Of a DNA stretch of 64,000 nt, positions 1-12,617 are shown in pieces. The stretch comes from Monocercomonoides exilis PA203 (lineage: Eukaryota; Protista; Preaxostyla). The stretch is taken from assembly GCA_001643675.2 (NCBI GenBank), contig LSRY02000004.1, forward strand, positions 1,116,001 through 1,180,000. Direction: 5' to 3'. The notes below the pieces were generated by a model. It saw only the letters and a list, made by a program, of their open reading frames with translations, was not told the origin of the DNA and searched no databases. The first letter of the stretch is position 1; each line of letters starts with the position of its first letter. Made by a program: the position numbers and the translations under genes.

Positions 1-3000
1 CCTTCAGAAACAGATCCAATGAAACAGCTCTTTCTTTGAAATATCCTTTGTCAATCCCTTCCATTCCGATACTCTCCCCTTCTCTCCCTCTGATATCCAC
101 AAATTTCTCCTTCACAACTCCCACAACCAGATCGTCACACTCCACAAAAACATCCTTCCCTTCTGCTGCACTGTTCCCTCCAAACTCAATATCATTCAGC
201 GCATAGTCGATCTTCGATCCTGCACATCCATAAAGAAATATCCCTCCTCCTCTTTCTTGTGCAGAACATCCATTCACTTTCCATCCATCCAATTTAAACA
301 CTGATGCAACACTAAGCTCCGACCTTATCCCACCTCCACCACTCTGTTCTTCACCCACAGAACATCCACTCATTGTGCAATTCCTCCCTTCCATTGTTAT
401 CCCATTTCCTCCTCCAAACGCAAAGCATCCCCCATCCCCTGTCCTTCGTTTCATCCCAACAACACTCACATTCTCCATCTCCACGTTCCAGCTTCCGCTC
501 CATGTCCCAAATCCACTTTCGCATCCTTCCTTTCCCTCGAACTCACAATTGTGAATATGACTCTTTCCACTTGACGATACAACCACAATTCCATCAACTC
601 CTGTTGATCCAACGCCCTTGCATATAATTCCGTCCATCTCCAACTCTCCTTCTCCTTTTACCGACAGCATCCTATTTCTACCAAAGATCACATGCTTTCC
701 CTCCACTATTTCGCAATTCCTCATCACCAGTTTTCCTCCAGTCACTCGAACATATTCATAATCCACAGCAGTCACACTTTTCATCATCCTCATTTTGTTA
801 TTTTCCATTGCCAGCGTTTTGTCCATCACCTCAACAAATGCCTCTCTTCCACAGAGTGACTCCTTCAGAACCAGTGTCATCTTCAAAATTTGAGTATCAG
901 CTGAAAGCATGAGAAGTGCATCCTGTTGTTTTTCGATGTCTGAACCAACAACAATTTCACTCCACTCATTCACTGTGTCAAGTACAAAACTACCACCAAC
1001 GATAACTGCCTCCTCATCGAGCTTATATCCTTCTCTCATCCGAATTCTGTGCCCTTCTACTGAACCAACTGCATCAATCGCTCCTTGGATTGTCCGACAT
1101 GCAAACATTTCACTTCCACACCTGCTGAAATCATACACCCCTTCTTCGCTTCCCACAATTGTTGGCACACTCACTTCTCTCAGATACACCACGAGAGCTA
1201 TCACCAGCTTTTCATTTGCCGTGCTCCTCTCAAACCCACTCAGCTCATTATACACATCCATATTCGGCTGAAGCCCAAGTGTTGTTGTGTTAATCACCTT
1301 CTGTAAATCATCTGCACTCACAAACATGTTCTTCCCAGCCCTCGCCTCACAATTCGAAAATCCAACATTTTTCACCACAAAGTCTCTCATCCCCTCGCAG
1401 ACATATAAATACACTCCTCCTCCATATCCTCCTCCACTATTCCCTCTTGTTTCTGATCCTCCTGCACTGCATGACTCAAACATCGTCTTCTTATCAGAAC
1501 TAGTCATGTTCCCAATCCCCACCCTGCTTCCCATCTTCATCTCTAGCCACAATGCCCCACCGTTCCCACTCAAACATCTGCAGCCTTCAAATGAAATACC
1601 GTTCAGCTCCATTTCCTTTCCATCCTCCACAACTCCACAAAACACACTCCCATCTCCTTCACTTCGTTCAATCCCCAAAAACATGCTCGCTTCAATTCTT
1701 GCAGTTCCAGCTGCACCAATTCTCACCATCTCCTGTTTGCTCTTCATCCATTTCATCGTAACATTGTTGCATGTCAACTCTCCATCACCAATCTCAATAA
1801 CACTTTTCTCAAACACTTCTGCTTGCTCATCCCCTTCTGTGCTCCTTTCACTCTTCAATACTGCATCTCGAAGCTCTGCGACTCCTGCTCTCCCTTCAAT
1901 CTTGAGCAGATGCGATCCTTTCCACAATCCAGAATTGTGAACCAGACATATCTTCACTATGACCAGCTTTCCACTTGTGATCTTCATCCCAGCACCTCCC
2001 TCAGCTCTTAGCTCCATGCTCGTCGATCTTGCTCCGCTGCCTTCAAATTTCATACCCATTGCATTCACTTCCAGCGTAGCATCACCATATATCCCTTCTC
2101 CAAACACAAACTCTTGCATTTCTTTCCTCACATCAGACATCCACAGTGAATGGTTCAAAGTTTTGCATGGTCTAACAGCTGTTCCACATATCCACTCGTC
2201 TTTTCCATTCCCACAGTCTGCATGCACTTTTTCAACAAACAAAGGAATCCAGTCATCACTCGCTGAACCTCCTTCAATCACCACTCTTCGACTTGTCAAA
2301 TTCGATGAAAGCGAACGGCACCCCACAAAGCAATCGGAATTTATCACACTCGCATATTGGGATGATGCATAGAAATCATGCCCTTCTATCGCTGTATTGT
2401 TATTAAACAAACAAAAATTCATGCTAAATGCTGATGGAGTGTTTGATGTGATTGATATGCATGAAAATCCTCCCCCTTTTGCCTGATATGCAGTGTTGTT
2501 TTTGAAAAGGCAATTCGTAATTGTTGCTGGATTTGAGCCCTGATCTTGTAAAGCTCCTCCTTTAACAGTTCCTCTTGTTGTTCCATTCACAAAACAGCAC
2601 GACTCAAAAAGCGATTTCTGACCGTTTCTGAAGTGAGCACAATTTCCTCCATCGGTATCCCAGCATGATGAAAAGTTTAACCCAACATATGTTCCTTGTT
2701 TTGCATACAACAATGTTGTGCCTCCTGTATGTCCATTTGACCAACAGAAAGAAAATGTGCAGTTTGTGATATTTTGAATCCCTTGATTCAAAAGAATTGC
2801 CCCATCATTAACAAAGCTCCAACATCTCTTAAAGAGTGAAAATAAAGTCACAAAAGTTGAAAATGATAATAAAAGAGCTTCAACAAAATTAATAAAAAGA
2901 ATGAGCATACCACAAAATCACAACGAATAATTGTTGATGATCCACTTGAAGAGTGATCAATTGCACCACCATTGCTTCCAGTCAAATCAGTGAAAATACA

Positions 3001-3894
3001 ATCAACAAATTCAGTATCTCCTTCTTTTGTCTCATATCTTTTCGTTATTTCTGTTTTTGAGCTTTTCTCAAATGTGCTGTTAAATGCCTCAAACATTCCG
3101 CTCTGCATCGTCAATCCTTCAAATATGCTTCCATAATATGTATTGTCCACAGAAGAAAACTTGCTGTTCCTTACCAAGTATTCTCCTCCAAGGATGTTTT
3201 CTTTCAGGCTTTGTGGACAAATATTTTGTTCAGCATTTGAATGTGATATATTCTCAAATGTGCATCCACTCACAAGCACACCCTGTGAATCAGAACTTCC
3301 AACAAAAGGTTCAGTTCCATCAACGCAGAATGAGAAGAAATGACAGAAACTCAATTCCAAAAAGGAAAAGCCTTCAAAACAGTTTTTTGTTCTCCTATCA
3401 TGCTGGAGGCTAGGTACAAAAGCATTCAATTTCTCAGTGGCAAGTGTAGCATTCGAAAAAACAGTTCTTCCTCCAAAACTCTCCACAATCCATTTCCCTT
3501 GACTTTTTTCATTGGAAATTCGACAATCTTCAATTCTGGCACTTGAGAGCGAATCAATCAGAAATAAGCAGTTTCTGCTTGACTGATAAAGATTCATCGC
3601 TCTTAATTCTATCGATGAGTTCTTTTCTTCAAAACTTCCATAAATGAAACTTCTTTCTTTTTTTAACTTCTCATTTTCAATACATTCTTTTTTATTCTTT
3701 GCTTTTATCTTCAAGTTCGATTGAGAAAAGTCTTCAAAGCCCTGCAAGAAAGTCGAAAAAGTGTCTTTTGTATATTGTTGTTCTTTCAGATGTATTTGAT
3801 TCAGCTGTCCAAATGAATAAGTACTTTCTTCATTTGCATCAGTGAATAAACCATATATGCCCTCAAAAAAGTATATAAGCATAATCTTCAGCAT
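1..3894 (-). CDS. Large Gly/Cys-rich beta-helix (pectin-lyase/PMP-like) repeat protein; 3' end runs off the window. Exon 1 3894-2911, intron 2910-2828, exon 2 2827 to <1
   Basis: ORF 2848..3894 spliced at GTATGC...TTTAAG joins a frame (RCWSFVNDGAILLNQG...KGGALQDQG...NCLFKNNTA...GKDEWICGTAVRPCKT) that appears open toward position 1. GGA(I/L), FxNC/FxxN and CGxxxxPC repeats are present. Confidence 0.75.
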
Positions 3895-4313
3895 GCAGGA
3901 AAAAATTAATATCTATTATATTTTTATTGTGGTTTCCTGTAATTGATTGCGTTTTCATATAAAAGTTATTTGCACTTTGCAGATAATGCTCCACACACAA
4001 ATAAAAAAATGTCTAACAGGAAATTAATGTTTCAATATTGAATATTAGTCATTCAATTTTTCAATAATTTTTTTTTTTTGAATTATTAAAAGGCAATTTT
4101 GAGGATGTGGATTATTGAAGATTTTTTGTTTCACTAAGAAATATTTATTTAAAATTTTTTTTATTTGAGACTTCATAATCCACTCACTATTTTTGGAAAT
4201 ACTACTAAATCGAAAAACAAGAGAATTTTTATTTAAACAAATTTTTTGTTTCATTCAATCTAAATGATCACTGAAGCACCATATTTTTAATTTCAGCAGT
4301 TGAACTCAAAAAT

Positions 4314-6107
4314 ATGCCTCCAAAAAAAGGCAAAACTGTTAAAGGAAAAGGAAAAGCAGCTGACCTTGAACAAAAAGGACCGGAGCCAGCAGATTTAGTG
4401 AAAAAGTTGAAATTTTATCGCTTCTTACGAAGAAATCAAATTATTTTTACAGATTTAAAAAGGCTTACAATGAAGCTTGTAAAGCTGCTGGCTTGACTCA
4501 ATTGAAGCCTCTGGTAAAAAAAATGGATGAACTTGCTGAAGAAGAAAAATTAATGGAAAAGTTTGTTTTTGCTTTGCATCGATTAATGTATATCATCAAT
4601 TTTTCAATCGATTACATGCACTATTTCTTTCAATTCGATAATTAAAGGATAACGGTATCTACAGAAGGTTTTGGACCGACTGGACTTCAAACATTGCTCG
4701 TAGGACTTAAAAGTTATAATTTTGTTCACACATTTTGTTTTTGGAACTGTGGATTGGGAGATGATGGCCTGCTATTAATTATTGAATTCATACGTAACAA
4801 CCCCGTTGTTCTTTCTTTGGAATTATTGGATAATATAACACCTGTTGGCTGTGGTTTGAAAATTTGTTCTTTTATATCTTTTTCGAAATTTTTGTGAGGT
4901 TATCTGAGTCGCTTGTTCGAAGCTCCAGGAACGACAATGCTAAATTCGTTGACGCTAGATCACAGTGGAATCGGAGACGAAGGTGCAGCTTTGCTTTCAG
5001 TTTGAAATTTAATTGTGGAATACAATTTTTTATTTTTTTGTATTTTGATGTTGTTTGCAACCATATTTCAGACTGGAATTAGCGCATATGCACCAATGAA
5101 ACGACTTTCATTAAATTATTGCTCAATTGGAGCAGCTGGTGGTGTTGCTCTGATGCAGAATCTATTTTCTGAATCATCCAAATGTAAATTGGAGTATGTT
5201 GTGCTATGATCAAATAATAAAGTAAAAAATTCGAATGTGTAATGTAATTTGAAATTAACAGATATATATCGCTTCAAGGAAACGTTTGCGGACCTCAGAC
5301 TCTTGCAATGCTCGGACATCAACTTCCATTCACCACATCTCTTGCTGTTATTAATCTTGCTGACAATGGAATTGGAGATGACGAGGTATTTTAAAAAAAT
5401 AAAAAAAAAAAAAAAATACTTTTTAATTACGCAAGTTATGATATTTTGCATAAACACATGCATTTCTATTCTTGAACCTGCCAATAATGATGAATATTTA
5501 GGAAACCTATTTAAAATTTTATTTTATTTTTATTTTATTTCATTTTATTTTTTATTCATTTTTTTTTTTTATTTTTACTTCATTTTCAATGAATTTCTCT
5601 TTATCAGGAACCTTTGGAGTTATTTAGAGCTGGACTTTTAGCAAATACATCAGTTCAAGAAATTAATCTTGATCTCAACATGATTGGAGATAAGGCAGCA
5701 GTACGTTATTACTCTGATATTTTCGTCATTTTGTTCAATATTAAATCTTCAATTTTTTTTTTCCTGATAATGATCAACAATTCTATGTTTATTCCCTCTT
5801 CTCTTCCTCCCTCCCTCCCCTCCCCTTGCTATTGTTGAAAGACTCAATTTCTGGAAGTGATAGGCGGACCAAGGCAGGACATTGTCGAGTTCAAAGTGAC
5901 TGAAAGACTGTCTCCAACTGTATTTGCAGATGTGCTCAAAGTTGTTGAAGCCAACAAAATTGAAGCAATTGCCGTTTGACACTATTTTTTTTTTTGTCTT
6001 ATAAATCTTTTTTTGTAATAACCTTGAAATAATTTCTTACAATTTCACAGAGAGCTGCAAGGAATCGTCCGAAAAAGAAGAAGGGAAAGAAGAAGAAGAA
6101 GAAGTGA
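4314..6107 (+). CDS. Multi-exon ribonuclease-inhibitor-like leucine-rich-repeat protein with Lys-rich termini
   Basis: Starts MPPKKGK. Spliced exons give FWNCGLGDDG, LTLDHSGIGDEGAA, LSLNYCSIGAAGG and INLDLNMIGDKAA LRR units. Ends RPKKKKGKKKKKK-TGA at 6105-6107. GT-AG introns, e.g. 4406-4452. Confidence 0.8.
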
Positions 6108-6424
6108 ATAGAAGATTTTGCATTTCATAAAGTTTTTTAATTTCCTTTTAAAAGTAATAAATTCTTGCTTTTATTATTTTCTGTTTTTTTTTCTTATTTA
6201 AAGTTTGTTAAATCGAAATTTGTTAAGAATTCAAGTAACATTTTTTATTTTATGATGAAAAAGCGAATGACATTCGAAATCAATTCTGAATGGTGATTCT
6301 ATCAAAGAAATTTTTCGTCAATTTGAAAACACAAATTAATATTTAAATAAAAAAAAACTAATCAATGATGATGTGTAAATAATTATCATTTATTACAAAA
6401 GAGGTGGCTTCACCATATTCACAT

Positions 6425-8384
6425 TCAAGTTAAATCCATAAAGTACAAAAGCCCATCTCCAAAGTTTTCAAACACAACGTTGGCACCATAATTATCAATG
6501 ACATCGATCCGGTGCTTCAAGCCCTATGAAGAATAATTAGAAAAAAAAGTAATACGATTACAATGTCAAAAGCAAATTGAAAATTAAAAATAAAATATCA
6601 ATAAAATACAAGTGAAAGCGAAACATGAAAAGTTAAAAGTTTAAAGTTAAAATTATTATCTCTTTTTCGTATTCTGTAATGAATATATTTATTTCTGTTT
6701 GCACACTTTTAGAGTCGGATAGAACAAATCATGAGTCCTCACGCTGTCAGAATACGTTATGTCCAATTCATCGCAGTGCTCGTCCCATTCAAGATGTGTT
6801 TTGTGAGTGGATAAAATTGACAAATATCGTTTTCCTGAAACATCTCCTCTAAAAAAAAGGCATCCAGCAAATATTCAAAATGAAAGTTTAGAAAAATGGA
6901 TATTTAGAAGGCAAAGAAAGTTTGGTTAATAATTGAATATAAATATTTTTAATAAAAAAGAAATATTGTCAGTTGAATAAAAAAAAAAGGAAAAAGAAAG
7001 AAAAATAAAGCACACTTATATCTTCCGTCTAATATTTCGTTTCCAATTGTTGACAGTGAAACGAATATGTTTGGAAGCACTGTCTTTTTCATTTCACTTG
7101 AAATTTGCTCGTCTGGCTGGATAAGATTCTTTCGAAAAGAACTTGAAGAAAATGCATTTGGTAATTCTTGCCCCAATTCTGGGAAATGCGTCAAAATTTG
7201 CGACAAAGAAGTGTCGATGAATCGTGGAGTGTAATTGCAGCTTCGTGTACTAACAAAGAATGATGAAACAAATCATAAAAATATTTTTATTTATATTTTA
7301 ATTTTAATTTATCAAAAAAAAAAAGATTTTTATTTGAAAAAGATAAAATAAAACGTAAATTCAATTACAACTTGAATAGCCAAACCATTTCCTTTTCTCT
7401 TTTCCAACTATTATGACTCCATCAATCAATTTTTCATTTAATGTTGTAAGCATCAACGATGGAGGAATCAAGTAAACATTGCCTAATGAAACAGTCAGAG
7501 GTGTAGTTGTGACAAATAATTTTAATGAACGCTTTTTCAGTTCTTGACTAATCTGACGAATAAAAGCATGCAATGAACGAGCCCACTTTCCAATAGCTTG
7601 TTTGTCTTGTGTCATTCTGATTGTCTCTGAATGTAATGTGTCAAAATTAAGCAAAATTCCATCATATTTTTTGGATCTGAAATAATAAAATAAGCAAAAT
7701 GAATAAAATAGAATATTATAATTCACAGAAAAGCAATTATAACAAATGCACATACTCGCATTCAACAAGAACAAGATTTATAAACTCTTTCACATTTCCT
7801 TTCACATGCAAAAATTCTTGAAGATCCCACTGAGACCAACCGGTAAAAGAAAAGGACGGAATAACAAGTGTTGAGTCTTTCGATTCTTTTAAATTTTCGC
7901 TTGCAGTTTTTACTGCACTGACCCAAGACGAATTCAAAGATTTATCAGCATAAACTTCCACATCTTCATCCAAACTTAGAAAGCACATAATGATAAATAA
8001 AAATATTTTAAAAACAAACTTGACAGTGTACCAATTGGGAAAAATATAGTCCAGCTTTTTTATTGCTATAAGGGAGAATTCAAAGCCTTTTGATTCTGGT
8101 TGGATAATAACTCCAATTGTTCCGTTAAAATTTGCTTTCTTTGAAGGTTTCTGTACTATATTTGCATTTCCAAGAATTGATTCTACAGTTATTGTTGAAT
8201 TTTCAGACAAAAGTCCACGATCGGCTAGTGATTGATTCGTTGTTCCGAAATGAGAAATTCGTAAAGGCGAGTGAAGTAAAGGAGATCTATATTGACGACA
8301 AAAAACAAATACATGACTAAATGCTTCGTTGTTTGGAAGAAATTTCTGTAGACATCCGAACAAAGCCAAAATCCAGAATAGCAT
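6425..8384 (-). CDS. CHID1: Chitinase domain-containing protein 1-like (probably inactive GH18), multi-exon
   Basis: Hydrophobic N-terminus. DRGLLSENSTITVESIL...IFPNWY resembles CHID1 DRGLV...ES. YDGILL replaces the GH18 DxxDxDxE motif. C-terminus FENFGDGLLYFMDLT* resembles CHID1 WELGQGLDYFYDLL*. Confidence 0.8.
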
Positions 8385-8557
8385 AATTATTGTGTTTAAT
8401 AAAGGGTAATTATGAAAGAATATTCCATGATGACGATTCAATTATTGTGCTTAATAAATAAATTTAAATATTGATCTTTTAATTACTTTTTAATAAAAGA
8501 ATGTTCCACATAATATTTTTTGTCCAGTTGATTTTTCGTTGATACTCAACTGAATAA

Positions 8558-11500
8558 ATGAGCTTATCATTTGCAGCTTTACGAACGGGGACAGGTTTAT
8601 TTCTTCAGTCGACTCCCATTGCTTGTGGAGCCAGACCATTTCACTTTACCTCAGAAAAATCACTCGAACAGAGTTTAGATCATATTTCTATAATCCTCGA
8701 TTCAGTATCAATAACAGACGGGAATTGGAAAGAAAGACTCGATGCAATAAAGGAGTTACATGGCTTAGCGCTTGGAGGATGCTGTCAACACTCTTTGTTT
8801 ATCAAATGGATGAGCGGGGCTCTTCATCGACACATTTCCAAGCAATTTACTGACACTCGATCCTCTCTCATCAAGGAACTTGGGCAAACAATGGTTGACA
8901 TGGCTGCATGCGCACAAGGAAAATTCGACAATATCCTGGAGTATTTTATGGATGATGTGATAAAACTTCTTGGTTCAACAAATTTGGTTCTGAAGGATTG
9001 TGGAAATAGGTGCATGCTGTCTTTTCTGAGAAATTGTTCATGTAATAAATCTCTTCCGCATATTGCAAACGCATGCTCTGCAAAGGGAATGTCAACTAAT
9101 GTTAGACAAAGATGCGCTGAATATATCCTCTTTATTTTAATTTCCCAACTTATTCACGAAACTGAAGGAGTAGAAAGTTATCCAAAAGTGTATCTTGCAC
9201 AAACTTCATTGTCAGAAAGGCATATTATTCTGTTGGAACAGAGCATCCGCGCTATTGTTGTTGATGCTGATCCAGAAGTTCGAACAACTGGACGTCATGC
9301 GTTTTGGGTGTTTCACACGCTGTGGCCCGAAAGAGCTGAGGACATTATGCAATCGTCCATTCCTTCAAACATCGCTCGGCTGCTTAACACAGAAAAAGAA
9401 GAGATTTTCAAGCAAATTGATATTATCAAGAGACTAATAATAGATGGTGAAGATTCTTCTTCAACAGGAAGTTCTCATTCATTTAATGCAATGCCTCATT
9501 CTTCTTCTTCTTCTTCTTCTTCTTCTTCTTCTTCTTCTTCTTCCTGTCCTTCCTCTTCTTTGTCTCCTCCTGCTTCGACTTCCTCAACAGCATCAACCGG
9601 ATCTCCTGTTTTTCGTTCAGCACGCAAACTTTCTCTTTCTGGAACTGCTTCATCGCCTGAAGCAAAAAGATCTCGACCTTCTTCTTCTTCTTCTTCACCC
9701 TCTTCCTCTTATGCTTCTGCTTCTTCCTCTTCTACTTCTACTTCTTCTCCTCCAACAATCCATCACTCCTTAACTTCTTCTTCTCCTCCTCCACTTTCCT
9801 CTTCATCCTCTTCCTCTTCTCTTTCTCCTTCTCCTTCTCCTTCTTCATCGTGCTCATCTGTGCCACTTCCTCCCACTTCACCTTCGTCTGCTTCTGCAAC
9901 GTCTGTCTTTGACACTCTGCCCTTGTGGAAGAGGCAGCAACTTCTGAAGAAAAAAGGAATGGCTGATGCAAACACATCACCATCATCACCATCATCATCA
10001 TCACATTCTTCTTTTTCTTCTTCTGCCACTGCAACTACTACACGTCGTTTATCCACTCCATCATCTCCGTCTTCTAAATCTTCCTCTTCATCCTCCTCCT
10101 CTTCTTCCTCTTCTTCCTCTTCTTCCTCTTCTCCAACTCATTTGCCATCTCATTTGCCCACTCCCACATCACACAGAAGAATCCCTCCTCTTTCTCCTTC
10201 TCATCGCCCTCCAATTTCGCCTTCTTTGTCCACACGCCGAAAGCCACTTCTGTCTCCTTCATCAAAATCAACAACAACAACAACAGCATCATCATCATCA
10301 ACATCAGCATCAACTTCTTCTTCTTCTTCTTCTTCTTCAGCAAAGGATTCTTCATCATCCGCCTCTTCTTCACCTCCTCATTCAACAACGAGTTCATTGG
10401 CATCATCAACTCTTTCATCAAATTCATCACTCTCTTCTTCTTCTTCTGCTGCTGCTGCTATGTCTTCACCTCCTCCGCGCACTCGTTATAAGCAAATTCC
10501 ATCTCCATCATCATCTTCTTCTTCTTCTTCTTCATCCCCTCCACATTCATCATCATCTTTTGCATCATCGCCATCACCAACGACAACCTCTTCTTCTTCT
10601 CTCTCTTCTACTTCTTCAATATCCCCTTCCCCTTCCTCCTCCTCCTCATCATCATCATCTCCTTCTCCTTCTTCCTCTTCCTCTTCCTCTTCCTCTTCCT
10701 CCTCACATCGAAACACGCCTTCCCCTCTTCTCATTTCCCCCGCTTCTTCTTCTTCTTCTTCTTCTTCTTCTTCTGTTGCTTTCTCTCCCATTCAGATTCC
10801 AACATCGCCAATTAGAGGGAAACCTATCAATTCGTTCAGCAGCCACTCGAGAAGAAGACTTGCTGGCGCTTATGCACAGCCACTCACTCCAACTTCACCT
10901 GCAACATCTTCAACATCATCTTCTTCCTCTTCTTCCTCTTCCTCTTCCTCTTCTTCTTCTTCTTCTTTTTCTTTTTCTTCCTCTTCCTTCTTCTCTTCCT
11001 CCTCTTCCTCCTCCTCCTCCTCCTCTTCTTCTTCTTCTTCTTCTGTTCGTTCAGCTCCTGCGACTTCAGCTAATGTACTGTCTTCGCATTCTTTGTTAAC
11101 TTCATCATCAATCAAAAAACCACAAAAATCAACAGCCTTTTCATTGGAAGATAGTTCGGATTCATCAAACAATCAATCAGAAGATGCTTTGCTTTCTTTA
11201 GCTTCTTCGCCTCAGAATAAAGAAGAAGAGATATCTTCAAAACAAGCAGAAGAGGAAGAAGAAGAAGAAGAAGAAGAAAGGAAGCGAAATAAAGAAAAGA
11301 TGAGTATCATTGAAAAAGAAAGGGAAAGAGAAAGAGAGAAAGAAAGAGAAAGAGAAAGAGAGAAAGAAAGAGAAAGAGAAAGAGAGAAAGAAAAAGAAAA
11401 AGAAAGAGAGAAAGAAAATTTGTTTATGCAAAATGAAGCACAATCAAAAGATTCACCAATTGCAAAGAAGGAGAAGAAGAAGGAGCTTATTTGTATGGCC

Positions 11501-12579
11501 GACAGAATAAAAGCCTTTCAAAAGCAGTTGGAATGGAAGCAAAGCCAAAGCGAAGCAGAAAAAGAGATAAATAAAAAGAAAGAAGTTGAAATTTGTGATA
11601 ATTCTGATGGGGAAAGAAGGGAAATTAAGAAAGAAAATGATGAAGAGAAGGAAGAGAATGAAGAAAGGAACAAAAGATTTGAAAAGAATGGAAAAGAAGA
11701 TGAGAATAAAAAGGATGATGAAGGTAAAATTGCACAAGAAGAAGACAAAGAAGAGGAAGAAAGGAAAGAGGAAAAAAGAGAAGAAGAGAAGAAAGAGGAA
11801 GAAAGAGAAGATGATGAAGATTTTGAAAAGCGGAACAATTTATCTAAAGAAGATAAAATCAAAGAAGAAGAGAAGGAAGAGAAAGAGAAAGAAGAAGAAG
11901 AAGAAGAAAATGATGATGATGAAATGTTATTAACTCCACGTTCTACTGATAATAATCGGTTTCCTGATAAGTTTGAAGGAGATTCAGAAAAAAGCATAAA
12001 AATAGAAGAAGAAACAAAGGAAACGAAGATATCTTCATTGGAAGCTGAAAAATTGAATGACAAAACAGAAAAAGAGAATTTTGAAGGGATTTTGTTACAA
12101 ACTGATAAAAGAAAAGATAAAGAAGAAGAAAGAAAGAATTCGATTTTTTCTTTGCTTGACACAAATGAAACAGAAAAGCCGAAACAAAAGGAATCTTGTT
12201 TTGTAATGGAAGATATTGAAGATAAAGAAATTGAGTTTGAAAAAGAGAGAAAAGAAGAAGAAGAAGAAGAAGAAGAAGAAGAAGAAGAAGAAGAAGAAGA
12301 AGAAGAAGAAGAAGAAGAAGAAGAGAAAGAAAAAGAAGAAAGAAATAAAAAAATTGAAAAAAGCTTTTATGAGCAATGTTTTGATTGCATTCCGCAAAGT
12401 ACAACTTTTTCAGATGTTTTCAGCAGAAGTGAAGTGGAAAGAGAAGAAAAAGAAGAAATTGAGAAGATTTTGAGCAGTTCAGCACAAATTGAGGAAGAAA
12501 GAGGAGAAAGAGGAGAAAGAAAAGAATTAAAAGAATTTAATAAAGAAAAAGATTTCAAAGGAATAAATGGAATAAATGG

Positions 12580-12617
<38 letters not shown>

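Noticed and set aside
373-2372. Plus-strand ORFs of up to 217 aa
   Set aside because: Antisense shadows of the minus-strand repeat-protein exon.
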